64,000 nucleotides of DNA. Origin: Malacoraja senta (taxonomy: Eukaryota). Made by a program: the position numbers and the translations under genes. Shown here one piece after another: positions 48,836 to 61,452 of this stretch. A model generated the notes under the pieces. The model was not told the origin of the DNA and did no database searches. It saw only the letters and a program-made list of their open reading frames with translations. Every line of letters begins with the position of its first letter. Position 1 is the stretch's first letter. Where the stretch lies: positions 10,046,001 through 10,110,000 of the forward strand of contig CM075993.1 of NCBI GenBank assembly GCA_038087875.1, given 5' to 3'.

Positions 48836-50812
48836 ATGGGAGACCTGATAGATGTTTATAACATAATTCAAGGCATAGATAGAGTGGACAGTCAGAACCT
48901 TATTCACAGGGTGGAAATGTTAAAGAACTAGAGCGAATGGATTGAAGGTGAGAGGGGCAAAGTTGAAAGAAGATGTGCAGTGTACGTTATTCACACAAAG
49001 GTGCCTTGAACGTCAGGGATGGTGGTGGAGGCAGATATGATAGTGGTGTTTTAGAGGCTTTTAGATAGGCACATGGATATGCAGAGAAGAGAGGGATATG
49101 GATCACTGGTCGGCAGAGATGTTTTATTTTTATCATGTTCGGCACAGATATCGTGGACTGTGTTCTGTGTTCTCTGAGAAGGTTGAAGAGAACAAAGGGA
49201 ATGGTCAAGGTGGCAGGCATCCTCAAATGATTCACCAAAATGAACACTGGTCAAGTTAGGCAGGGACGCAGCCACATTCTCCACCGCTGGGCTGCTGCAC
49301 CACCAGGTTTTGCTTTGCTGTAAAGTTGTATTAAGCCGATCTGTTCTTTCATATAATATGATTCTCTATGAATTTTAGATTCATTTGTAGGATAATTGGC
49401 CCTCTGTAAATTGCCCCTAGCGTGTAGGGGAGTGGATGAGAAAGTGGGATAACATAGAACTGGTGTGAACAGGTTGGTGTGGACTCGGTGGGCCAAAGGG
49501 CCTGTTTCCATGTCGTGTCTCTAAACCAAACTAAAAACTAAACTAAAAACTAAAGTGCACCAAAACAATATTCATTGCTTCTGTTGAAGTAAGTTGTCTG
49601 AATCTGCGGGTGTTTCTGGGCAAACTGATATCCGCACAGTAGCACAGACTCGCCTCCTACATTCATATTTCAAACCAGATGACAGGTTTTACACATCATC
49701 ATGAAATGAGCCGTCTGCTCCTGGACAGCACAGCCCCAGGGAGAACAGTGAAGGGTTAATCCTCTCAGAACACAAGGACGGGTCGACGGGGCAGCCCGGA
49801 GAAAAAGCTGCCTCACCGACCAGGTAGGGACCTAGAAAATAGTTTCCCCCAATTACCCCCCCACAAGAAAAGTCAAATTCCCCAGACAAAATTCACTAAA
49901 AAACTAAAGAAAAAAGTGAAATTAACGGACGGCTGCTGGTTAGCAGCCGTTCCCCAAGATGGTTCCTCCTCCAAATGGGTGACGTTTCTGATCTTCACCG
50001 AGTTACTCCAGCATTTTGTGTCTATCATCGTTTTAAACAGGCATTTGCAGTTCCTTCCTATATATATATATATTTATATGTGTGTAAGTGTATATATACA
50101 TATATAGTTCATAAGTTCTAGGAGTATATATGTTTTTTTTTTTCATTACATACTATGTATACATATTCTGTTGTGCTGCTGCAAGTAAGAATTTCATTGT
50201 TCTACCAATGACAATAAAACACCTTTGACATTTCACTCCACTTCTCTCCTTATCTGACTCCCTTTTGTCACCTTTCCATCCCTGCCCTGTTCACCTATCT
50301 GCCAAGCAACAGACTCCATTACCTGCATCCACCTATCACACCTTCCCCTCAGCCAACAATGAACCATTGTTTATTTCTTTCAGCATTATCCGCTTTGATC
50401 TGTCCTTTTCACACCTTACATGCACTTTGTACCGTTCCATATCTCTAATTTCCCTCTCTTCTGACTCTCAGTCTGAAGAAGGGTCTCGGTCCAAAACTTC
50501 GCCCATTCCTTCTCTGATGCTGCCTGTATCACTAACTCTATCCTCCTATCACTTGTCAGGCTTTGTACCAGCCCATGTCTTTTCCAGCTGTCTGCCACAC
50601 TACACTCAGTCTAAAGAAGGGTCTAGACCTAAATCGTCACCTGTCCATGTTTTCCAGAGATGCTGCTTGAGCTGAGGAGTGATTCCAGAACGTGCTTTCA
50701 CATGAGAGAGAGATGAGAGAGATAGAGAGAGACTGCTTTCCAATTGTCATTGGACCAGGGCCAAGCTCAGTGAAGATGTGTGCTGGTGTTTAATGGTCAC
50801 CCCACATTACAG

Positions 50813-51467
50813 TGGGCGGCGCAGTGGCACAGCGGTAGAGTTGCTACCTTTTGGGCCTGTCCCACTTACGCGACTTTTTCGGCGACTGCTGGCACCCGTC
50901 GTAGGTCGTTGTAGGTCGGCAGAAATTTTCAACATGTTGAAAATCCAGCGGCGACCAGAACAAGGTACGATTCTTTGGGCGACTACTCACGACCATACAG
51001 GCCTCAACCTGCGACATGTCGCCTGTATGGTTGTGCCTAGTCTCCTCAGTCGCCCAAAGAATCGTAGCGGCTTTCTGGTCACTGCTGGATTTTCAACATG
51101 TTGAACATTTTCGGCGACATGGAATGACCTATGACGGGTGCCAGCAATCGCCGAAAAAGTCGCGTAAGTGGGACAGGCCCGTAACTGTGCTTCACAGCGC
51201 TGGAGTCCCGGGTTCAATCCCGACTACGGGTGCTGTCTGTATGGAGTTTGTACATTCTCCCCGTGACCGCTTGGGTTACCTCAGAGATCTTCGGTTTTCT
51301 CCCACTCTCCAAAGACGTACAGGTTTGTAAGTTAATTAGCTTGGTATAAATGTAAAAATTGTCTCTAGTGTGTGTAGGGTATTGTTCATATCCGGGGATC
51401 AGTGGTCGGTGCGGACCCGGTGGGCCGAAGGGCCTGTTTCTGCGTTGTATCTCTAAACTAAACTAAA
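50813..51467 (+). mobile_element. HE1-type V-SINE split by the foldback MITE
   Basis: Head at 50813-50850; the body resumes ~51190 and runs to the (CTAAA)n tail. Confidence 0.85.
50853..51180. mobile_element. Foldback MITE of the same TIR family, inserted in the head of an HE1 SINE
   Basis: Near-palindromic over its whole ~328 bp: GGGCCTGTCCCACTTACGCGACTTTTTCGGCGA / TCGCCGAAAAAGTCGCGTAAGTGGGACAGGCCC. TSD not clean. Confidence 0.85.
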
Positions 51468-52011
51468 TTAAATCACATTACACACAGTGGAAGTATATCA
51501 CCCTCGACCCCAGTGGTAGAGGAGACAGGAGGAAGGTTTATCCTTTGTGAATGAATCATGAGGGTAGAAAGATGGACTGTATCTAGAATCTTTTCTAATT
51601 GAATCAAATAAAGTCATAGATCATACAGCATGGAAACAGGCCCTTCGGCCCAACTTGCCCATACCGACCAACATGCAACAGCTACACTAGTCCCACCTGC
51701 TCACATTTGGCCCATATCCCTCTAAACTTATCCTATCCACGTACTTGTCCAAATGTTTCTTGAATGTTGCGATAGTTCCTGCCTCAACTACCTCCTCTGG
51801 CAGCTCGTTCCATATACCCACCATCCTTGTGTAACAAATTTACCCCTCAGGTTCCTATTAAATCTTTCCCCCCCCTCACCTTAAACCTATGTCCTCTGGT
51901 TCTCGATTCACCTACTCTGGGCAATAGACTGTGCGTTTACCCGATCTATTCCAATGATAAGGAGTGTAATGAGAGGAATTTTTTGTATAACAAGGTTGTT
52001 TGCTTTCACAG

Positions 52012-52159
52012 GAGAATCCGTTCAAAGAGCAAATAGTGAAGACCTTTTCTGAAGATGGTGAGGGGAATCTGAGCTTCAATGACTTTGTGGACATGTTCTC
52101 CGTGCTGAGCGAGATGGCTCCGCGTGAGCTGAAGGCCATTTACGCCTTTAAAATCTACG
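52012..52159 (+). CDS. CIB2: CIB2 coding exon 4 (148 nt, [49 protein letters not shown])
   Basis: Acceptor ttgctttcacAG, donor G/GTATGC. [21 protein letters not shown] and APRELKA are CIB2-type rather than CIB3-type. Confidence 0.95.
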
Positions 52160-52177
52160 GTATGCTCGCCACTTCCT

Positions 52178-52700
52178 TCAGTTCAGTTCAGTTTAGTTTA
52201 TTGTCACGTGTACCGAGGTACAGTGAAAAGCTTTTGTTGCGTGCTATCCAGTCAGCAGAAAGACTCGAGCCATTTACAGTGTATAGACACATGATAAGGG
52301 AATAACATTTAATGCAAGACAAAGCCAGCAAAGTTCAATCTAGGATAGTCCAAGGGACATCAAAGAAGTAGTTCAGCACTGCCCTCTGGTTATGGTAGGA
52401 TGATTCAATTGCCTGATAACAGCTGGGAAGAAACTGTCCCTGAATCTGGAGGTGTGTGTTTTCACACTTCTATACCTTTTGGCTGATGGGAGAGGGGAGA
52501 GGAGGAGTGGCCAGGGTGCGACTTGTCCTTGATTATGTTGCTGGTCTTGTCGAGGCAGCATGAGATATAAATGGAGTCAATGGGAAGGGAGGTTGGTTTG
52601 GGTGGTGGCCTGGGCCGCGTCCGCCATTCCCTGCAGTTTCTCGTGGTCTTGGATGGAGCTGTTCCCCAAACCGTGCTGTGATGCATCCCGATGAAATGCT
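52178..52700 (-). mobile_element. Rex1/Babar-type LINE 3' end (gtaccgaggtacagtgaaaagc family), ~20 nt from the exon 4 donor
   Basis: SHPGH...PLPSAKRYRSVKTHTSRFRDSFFPAVIRQLN. Other copies at ~23650-24075, 41220-41630, 42980-43215 and 57925-58180. Confidence 0.8.
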
Positions 52701-54265
52701 TCAACAATAAGATGAATAAAATACAACTCCTTGGCAAGTATCTGGCGGAGTCCAGAACCAGGGATCACAGTTTAGGAATAGGGGGTAGGCCTATTAGGAC
52801 TGAGATGAGGAAAAAAAAATTCACCCAGAGAGTTGTGAATCTGTGGAATCAAGGGATATGGGGAGAAAGCAGGAACGGGTTACTGATTCTTAATGATCAG
52901 CCATGATCATATTGAATGGCTCTCTGGCAGGAGGGGAGATCAGTTTTAACAGCTGTGTCTGATTGATTGTCTAAACTCATGGCCAGGCAAGAACTGACAG
53001 GAAGGTGGGACCTATAGTTTATCTAGGCACATGGGGTTCCAGAATGACCAGTGCTCCAGGATATAGGGACGAGAATCCAGGACGTGGTCAATGGTGGTGA
53101 ACTCCTGTTCCTCTTCTCTTGCAAAGGAAGGATTCTGTCTGATATTCCAGACCAGGGTGTCACTGTTTCCTGATGACACAATAGGAATGTCTCACCACAT
53201 GTTTTACATACTTGGCTAATAAATTAATTACAATGACAAAACCCTTAATCCGCCATAGGACTGATAGACTTTAAAACTAGCCTTGGTACAAATATGCAGA
53301 AATATTTGAAGCCTAAAGAAGAGCAGAATTAATATGGGTGACATGTCTGAGACTTAAGAAGGGTCTCGACTCGAAACATCACCCATTTCTTCTATCCAGA
53401 GATGCTGCCTGTCCCGCTGAGTTACTCCAGCATTTTCTCTTCTATCTTTGGTGTAAACCAGCATCTGCAGTTCCTTCCTACACAAGAATTTAAAAGAATT
53501 TGGAATAACATGTGTTCATGAATGAAAGACAGCCACACTTGGGCAGTCTGCACCCTAGCGGCATAAACATTGAATTCTCCAATTTCCTGTAGCCCTTGCT
53601 GTCTCCTCCCCTTCTCAGCTCTCCCTCAGCCCTCGGGCTCCTCCTCTTCCTTTTTCCTTTCTTCGATCCCGACTACGGGTGCTGTCTGTACGGAATTTGT
53701 ACGTTCTCCCCGTGACCTGCGAGCTTTTTCTCCGAGATCTTCAGTTTCCTTCCACACTCCAAAGACGTACAGGTTTGTAGGTAAACTGGCTTGGTAGAAA
53801 TGTAAAAATTGTCTCTAGTGGGTGTAGGATAGTGTTAATGGTTGGGGATCGCTGGTCGGTGCAGACCCGATGGGCCAAAGGGCCTGATTCCGCATTGTAT
53901 CTCTAAACTAAACTAAACTCTTTCCAGTTTGTGTCGTGCCACATACAACCTAGTGCAGAAGGCCTGTCTCTGACCTGACATGTACCCTGTTCATGTAGAA
54001 GCCCCATATGGCAATCCCAGCTGTTCCTCATAAATCTCTTCTCTTAACTGCTATCAAGGAGTCTTAGTCACTGCAGCGCATGCTTCCCACAACTCCACAT
54101 CTTAACCTGTTAAACATCCAATTACTTGCGACTACTTTTAAATATTAAATAGCTGCGACCTGCATTGTGTGACTGCATTATTTAAACAAGATCTCCAGTG
54201 AGCCTAGACTTGCTGAAGGCTCCCAGTCTCTCGGTTGGTGAATAGTTATTAACCTGCTCAAAGAC

Positions 54266-54572
54266 GGCGGCACGGTGGCGCAGCGGTAGAGTCGCTGCCT
54301 TACAGCGCTTGCAGCGCCGGAGACCCGGGTTTGATCCTGAGTCTGGGTGCTGTCTGTACGGAGTTTGTACGTTCTCCCAGTCTCCCAAAGATGTACAGGT
54401 TTGTAGGTTAATTGGATTCGGTAAAGAGACACTGTAAATTGTCCCATATGTGTAGGTTTACCAACCAGGGACAATTTACATTCTTTACAAGTGTTAGTAT
54501 ACGTGGATCACTGGTGGGCACGGACTCAGTGGGCCGAAGGGCCTGTTTCTGCGCTGTATCTCTAAACTAAAC
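54266..54572 (+). mobile_element. HE1-type V-SINE
   Basis: GGCGGCACGGTGGCGCAGCGGTAGAG head, B-box-like GGTTTGATCC, CTAAA tail. Confidence 0.9.
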
Positions 54573-55104
54573 GTTACTGATTTCTGCAGGTCAATGGTCA
54601 CTGGACTGTCTGGAAACCCCAGTTAAACATAATAGGATGAGCACTGCACAGCTGTAAAATAGCTGGTAACCTTATTCATGAATGAAGGACAAATTAAAGA
54701 GGTGCCTCACAATTTTTGCCCTCATACTGGGCTGCCTGTCACAGCCCGGGGACATAGGCTGGCAGCAATGAATGTGGGGTGCAGGTGTGATGAACGGCAC
54801 TCAGAATTGTAAAGGGTTTCCTGCAGCATGGTGATTGAATCTGACATCAAGCCACCTTGGCTCAGCTCACACCTGTGGGTTTGATTCATAAGGTCATAAG
54901 TGATAGGAGTAGAATTAGGCCATTCTGCCCATCAAGTCTAGTCCGCCATTCAATCATGGCTGGTCTATCTTTCCCTCCTAACCCCATTCGCCTGCCTTCT
55001 CCCCATAACCTCTGACAACCAGACTAATCAAGAATCTACCTATCTCTGCCTTAAATATATTGAATTGAGCTGAATAAATTGTATTAGCCAAGTGTGTATA
55101 CATA

Positions 55105-56079
55105 ATAATAATAATAATAATTCATTTTATTTGCTGGCGCCTTTCTAAAACCCAAGGACACCTTACAAGGCATAGAATCACAAAAATACAAAACACATAA
55201 TCGGAGTAAATTAAATATAAAAACACCACAGTACACAAATCAAGGACAGAATTCAATTACAAAAGCACAAAAAGAAAATAAGAAACACAGTTTGAGGAGA
55301 GAGCAGCGGCAGCCAAATCGCGCCAGCGTCCACTCTCCCCTCCGACCGCCATCTTGAACACAGACTAACAGGCACAGCACACAAAAATCATCCCCCCACA
55401 ATGACCACCACTGTGGGGGAAGGCACAATGTCCAGTCCCCAACCCAGTTCTCCCCAGAGTCAGGCCCATCGAGGCCGCCACAGTTGCCTCTACGGAGGCC
55501 CGATGTTCCTGGCCGTCGGGAGAGTCCTCGCAGCGGCTGGAACGGCCGGTTTCCCAGCGGAGTCGATGGCACCTGAAGCCGACAGGGCCGCGCCGATTTG
55601 GAGCCACGAGGCTCCCGATGTTGGAGTCGGCGCCGCCGCCCGCGGCTGGTCGCTCCGCAGTCCCGCAGCCCGGAGGTGTTGATGTCGGCGGTCAGCGCAT
55701 ACATCCAGCGCGTCGTTCCAGCGCGGTGACCCAGGCAAGGCATCGCCCGCTCCGCTCCGCTCCGCTCCGCTCCACGATAGCGCTCCTGCGCTGTGCCGCC
55801 ACCGAAGCTGAAGGTGCTGGGCGGTCCCCATCAGGAAAACGGCGCTCCATGCCCGCTGGTAGGCCACGAGGACGGGTCGACGAGGCAGCCTGGAGAAAAA
55901 GCTGCCTCACCGACCAGGTAGGGACCCAGAAATAGTTTCCCCCTTACCCCCCCACATTAAAAGTCAAAATTCCCCAAACAAACAAAGAAATAAAAAAAGC
56001 TAAAACTAAAGAAAAGTGAATTTGATGGACGGCTGCTGTTTAGCAACCGTTCCTCCAAGATGGCGGCTCCTCCTTCCTC
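55105..56079 (-). mobile_element. ~975-bp GC-rich non-autonomous retroposon with L2-like 3' tail and (ATT)n
   Basis: Splits the Rex1 3' UTR (CATA duplicated). Minus strand ends AAGGTGTCCTTGGGTTTTAGAAAGGCGCCAGCAAATAAAATGAATTATTATT. Its 5' ~200 bp recur at 49771-49972. Confidence 0.7.
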
Positions 56080-56080
56080 C

Positions 56081-56793
56081 ATACAAGGAATTTGGTGGTT
56101 TGCTCGCAATAACAACATGCTATTCAGTAAACAATTAAGATTAAAACATTATAGTTTAAGCATGTGAGGAATGAAATAAAATACCAGAGCAAAATGAGGC
56201 TACAGACTTTTGGTTGTTGAGTAGAGCTACTGCTCGTGAAAAAAAACAGTTTTTATGTCTGGCTGTGGCAGCTTTGACAATCCGGAGTCGCCTTCCAGAG
56301 GGAAGTGATTCAAAGAGTTTGTGGCCAGGGTGAGAGGGGTCAGAGATGATCTTACCCGCTCGCTTCCTGGCCCTTGCAGTGTACAGTTCGTCAATGGAGG
56401 GAAGGTTGCAGCCAACAATCTTCTCTGCTGATCGGACGATTCGCTGCAGCCTCCGGGTGTCGTGCTTGGTGGCTGAGCCAAACCAGACCATGATGGAGAA
56501 GGTGAGGACAGACTCTACGATGGCCGTGTAGAATTGGGCCATCATTGCCTGTGACAGATTGTGCTTCCTCAGTTGCCACAGGAAGTACATCCTCTGTTGG
56601 ACCTTTTTGACTGTGGCGTTGATGGTAGCCCCCCATTTAAGGTCCCTGGACATGATGGTTCCAAAGAACTTAAATGACTCCACAGATGTGACTGTGGTGT
56701 TGTTGATGGTGAGTGGGGTGAGGGGAGGGGGAGCTCTCCTAAAGTCTACAATCAATTCCACTGTCTTAAGAGTATTGATTTTTGATCATTAAG
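56081..56793 (-). mobile_element. Rex1/Babar-clade LINE 3' fragment (tail displaced to 55061-55104)
   Basis: Open 201-aa frame ELIVDFRR...VESFKFFGT...FYTAIVESVLTFSIMVWFG...DPSHPGHKLFESLPSGRR, the Rex1/Babar ORF2 C-terminus. Confidence 0.88.
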
Positions 56794-58339
56794 ATCCACT
56801 GACTTGGCCTCCACAGCCGTCTGTGGCAAAGAATTCCACAGATTCATCACCCTCTGACTAAAGAAATTCCTCCTCATCTCCTTCCTAAAAGAACGTCCTT
56901 TAATTCTGAGGCTGTGACCTCTAGTCCTAAACTCTCCCACTAGTGGAAACATCCTCTCCAAATCCACTCTATCCAAGCCTTTCACTATCCTGTACGTTTC
57001 AATGAGGCCCCCCCTCATTCTTCTAAACTCCAGCGAATATAGGCCCAGTGCCATCAAACGCTCATTATATGTTAACCTACTCATTCCTGGGATCATTCTT
57101 GTAAACCTCCTCTGGACCCTCTCCAGAGCCAGCACATCCTTCCTCAGATATGGGGCCCAAATTGCTCACAATACTCCAAATGCAGCCTGACCAACGCCTT
57201 ATAGAGCCTCAGCATTACATCCCTGTTTTTTGTATACAAGCCCTCTTGAAGTAAATGCTAGCATTGCGTTTGCTTTCTTTACTACTGATTCGAGTTGTAG
57301 ATGAATGTTTTGGGAATTCTGCAGCAGCCGGGATTGATGAAATTGTTGGACGGAGCTGTCACCAGCGACATTTCTCCACTCTACCAGCGATCGGTTTTTA
57401 TTTGGTGAGAAGCTCTGTAATTAAACAGCACAGGTGAAACAGCATTCAGAGGCCTTGTCTTGTAAACTGTGTGATGTATGGCCATGCCGTTTTACATGTC
57501 ACTTTGGGATTAAACATGAATTCACAGGGCTATCCAATAAACTATGCCTGACAAGTGACCCTTTCAAAACCAGGAGTATAAAGATGAACTCTTTGCTTCT
57601 TTCTGCCGATCCAATTTTAAAATGTTCTGTCCTGAGTTTGCCGTCTCACAATACTCATTAATATTATATTTGTTGGAGCCGATTATTTGCCATTAATGGC
57701 CATTAATACTCATCCCTAGTCATGTGAGGAAGCTAACTCATGAATTTAACATGCCACTGCCTCCCAGCTGTGGATCACTTGCTGGAAAACATGATTCTGA
57801 TGTTTGGGTTTGAATCCCATTCCAGAGAGTTGGCTAGGATAGTGTTAGTGTGTGGGGGGGATCGCTTGTCGGCACAGACCCGGTGTGCCGAGGGGCCTGT
57901 TTCCACGCTGTATCTCTGGAGTAGTTTAGTTCAGTTTATCGCACGTGTTGAACAACAGTTGAAAAGCTTTTGTTGCGCGCTATCCAGTCAGCAGAAAGAC
58001 AATACATGATTACAATCGAGCCATTGTCAGTGTATAGATACATGATAAGGGAATAAAGTTTAGTACAAGGTAAAGCCAGCAGAGTCCAATGAAGGATAGT
58101 TCGAGGGTCCCCAATGAGGTAGATAGTAGTGCAGCGCTGCTTTCTGGTTGTGGTAGGATGGTTCAATTGCCTGATAACAGCAACAGAGTAAAGTAAAATC
58201 ATCATCACCCTTGAGAAAAATCAATGCAAAGTGCTCAGTGTTTCATCCGTACTTTCTGTCCCTCTGCATTGATTCCCTTCTTAGTCCTGAATTGACACGA
58301 CTTGTGTTATTACTCCCTGCTTATCATTTGTTATACTTA

Positions 58340-58485
58340 TGCCCCTGTCCCACTTAGGAAACCTGAACGGAAACCTCTGGAGACTTTGCGCCCCACCCAA
58401 GGTTTATGTGCGGTTCCCGGAGGTTCCCGGAGGTTTTTGTCAGTCTCCCTAATGGTCGAAAGTGGTTTCCGCTTCTATGTTCCGG
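58340..58485. mobile_element. Truncated MITE, single TIR of the same family
   Basis: tta-TGCCCCTGTCCCACTT followed by a distinct internal sequence, cut by a Penelope arm. Confidence 0.55.
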
Positions 58486-58832
58486 TGATTATTCCGGCGA
58501 GAGAAGGAATGGGTGACGTTTCGGATCAAGACCCTTCTTCAGACTGAGCATCAGGGGAGAGATAGTGATATGAAGAAATATAGAACAAATGAATGAAAGA
58601 TATGCAAAAACTTTACAATGATAAAGGATGATAAAGCCATTTGCTAGGTGAGAATGAGAAGCTGGTGCGACGTGGGTGGGGGAGGGATGGAGAGAGAGGG
58701 AATGCATCGGGTTACTTGAAGTTCAAGAAATCAATGTTTCTGTTCAAGAGAGGATCAATAGACCTGGTGTTGGCTGGGCTGGTCACAGCGAGTCAGCGCG
58801 TCCACGTTAAACGTTGGGCTTCCCTCCGACAG

Positions 58833-59028
58833 ACTTCAACACGGACAACTACATCTGCAAGTCGGACCTGGAGAAGACGCTGAACAAGCTGACGCGGGAG
58901 GAGCTGGCGGTGGAGGAGGTGACGTTGGTGTGTGAGAAGGTGATCGAGGAGGCCGACCTGGATGGTGACGGCAAGCTCAACTACGCAGACTTTGAGAACA
59001 TGATCGGCAGAGCACCCGACTTCCTCAG
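58833..59028 (+). CDS. CIB2: CIB2 coding exon 5 (196 nt; EF-hand loops [12 protein letters not shown] and [12 protein letters not shown])
   Basis: Acceptor cttccctccgacAG, donor AG/GTGAGT. Translates [65 protein letters not shown], with GC-rich third codon positions. Confidence 0.95.
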
Positions 59029-61010
59029 GTGAGTGGGTCCACACAAGCTAAAGATGGATGTCCTCAGGTGCAGAGAGATTTTTTTACGATGATGTTTAGG
59101 AAGGAACTGCAGATGCTGGTTTAAATCGAAGATAGACACAAAATGCTGGAGTAACTCAGCGGGACAGGCAGCATCTCTGGAGAGAAGGAATGGGTAACGT
59201 TTCGGGTCGAGACCTTTCTTCAGTGTGGGGTGGTGGATTGTGCTCTGGGCCCTGGGCCTTTCAGTTTAGTTTGAGTTTAATTTATTGCCACATGTACCAA
59301 GGTACAGTGACAATAGACAATAGACAATAGGTGCAGGAGTAGGCCATTCGGCCCTTCAAGCCAGCACTGCCATTCAATGTGATCATGGCTGATCATCCCC
59401 AATCAGAACCCCGTTCCTGCCTTCTCCCCATTCCTTCTACCGTAACTGTGGTTGCAGTTTCCTGGATGTGTATTAACAACACAAGGAATTATTGACATGC
59501 TATTTTGTTATTACACAAACAGGAGGGGAGGGAGAGAGATAGAGAAAGATGTTCTGTCTTGTAGAAACCAGAATCAGTCTGAAGAAGGATCTCATCCCGA
59601 AACGTCACCTATCCAAGTTCTCCAGAGATGCTGCCTCTCCCGCTGAGTTACTCCAGCACTCCGTGTCCAGTTCTGTGTCTTGTCTGCTCCCCATGTAATA
59701 AACAATAGACAATAGGTGCAGGAGTGGGCCATTTGGCCCTTCGAGCCAGCACCGCCATTCAATGTGATCATGGCTGATCATCCCCAATCAGTTCCTGCCT
59801 TCTCCCCATATCCCCTGACTCCGCTATTTTTAAGAGCCCTATCTAGCTCTCTCTTGAAAGCATCCAGAGAACCTGCCTCCACCGCCCTCTGAGGCAGAGA
59901 ATTCCACAGACTCACCACTCTCTGTGAGAAAAAGTGTTTCCTCATCTCCGTTCTAAATGGCTTACTCCTTATTCTTAAACTGTGGCCCCTGGTTCTGAAT
60001 AGCTTTTGTTGCGAAATAACCAGTCAGCGGCAAGAAGATACATGATTACAATCGATCCATTTACAGTGTATAGATACGTGATAATGGATACATGTTCACG
60101 TTTACTGAGTTTAAGAGGATCAAAGTTAACTTCAGAAATGTTGCTGTAGGAATAGAGATGGCTTGATTGTAATCATTTATTGTCTTTCCGCTGACTGGTT
60201 AGCACGCAACAAAAAGCTTTTCACTGTACCTCAGTATACGTGACAATAAACCAAACTAACTAAACCCACGCAGTCACAGGGAGAACATGCAAACTCCACA
60301 CAGGCAGCAGCTGAGGTCAGGATTGAACTCTGGTCTCTGGCGCTGTGAGTCCCTTGCTGCTCTCTCTGCCCCACTATCTGAGTGCACTGCCAAGGCTCTG
60401 CCTGTCGAGGGTGATCCTTTATCCTCTCTATCACAGGCAAGTGGGACGAGTGTAGCTGGGACATGTTGGCCGGTGTGGGCAAGTTGGGCCGAAGGGCCTG
60501 TTTCCACACTGTATCACTCCATGTCTCTATTTCTATGACTCTACCCTTTCAGGTGGATGCTACTCATCCTAATGCACTATTTTAAATAAAAGCAGCACAT
60601 TCTGACGTTGCAGCCTGTATTTAATCTTACATTTGGAAATTACCCATTGCAGTTTCCTTAAACTTGTGCCCGTATTACAAACATGGCTGCACCTCAAATA
60701 TCCTTTGTGTAAGGTACATACAAAAGGCACCTTTAGAAATGCCAGTTCTTTCTTTGAACAGCTGTTGAGTATTAATTAAAAAGAAGTCACAGTGGAACGT
60801 GCTGCAGAGAGTAGAAGCCTTCACTAGCTTTAGATCTCTTGGTGACTCACAGCATTTCTCTAACACACACTGGAATTACCATTCTGGGAGCCCCTAATGG
60901 TGGTGTTAGCTGCATTACTTGGCACTGATCTGCTGCATAAGGTTAAGGGGCTGTCCCACTGCGGCGACCTAATCCGCAAGTTCCGAAGAGTGTCTTCGAC
61001 CTTCAAGCGG

Positions 61011-61157
<147 letters not shown>

Positions 61158-61259
61158 GGGGGCCAGGGAAAGCGGGGGAGCGCTGTCTGAAATTCCCACC
61201 CGCGATGAAGAGGAAGGTAAACGGCTGCCACAGTAAGTCCTTTAGAGAGCGCGGAGGGG

Positions 61260-61452
61260 GGAAGAGAAGGAGAGAGAAGGGGATAGAAGGCGGGAGAAGG
61301 AGAGAGAAGGGGAGAGAAGGGGAGAGAAGTGGAGAGAAGGGGGGAGATGGAGAGAGAAAGGGAGAGAAGGGGAGAGAAGGGGGGAGAAGGGAGAAGGGAG
61401 AAGGGGAGAGAAGGGGAGAGAAGGGAGAAGGGGGGAGAAGGGGGGAGAAGGA
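61260..61452. repeat. Purine-rich (GGGGAGAGAA-like) low-complexity array
   Basis: Directly visible degenerate 10-11-mer repeat. Confidence 0.95.

Larger units (their letters stand above)
54886..57292 (-). mobile_element. CR1-clade LINE 3' part (54886-55060 + ~56794-57292) split by a Rex1/Babar insertion
   Basis: ...ctgccttaaatatat | ccactgacttggcctcc is contiguous in the uninterrupted copy at ~20740-20775; ORF 56752-57135 is the CR1 C-terminus. Confidence 0.85.

Noticed and set aside
54266..54340. tRNA genes suggested by A/B boxes
   Set aside because: These are heads of HE1 SINEs that continue into the V core and LINE-derived tail; no complete cloverleaf.
55240..55935. Overlapping GC-rich ORFs as a gene or CpG-island promoter of a nested gene
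   Set aside because: No recognisable domain; long frames are expected at this GC content; the region lies in a repeat-bounded insertion with a partial second copy at 49771-49972.
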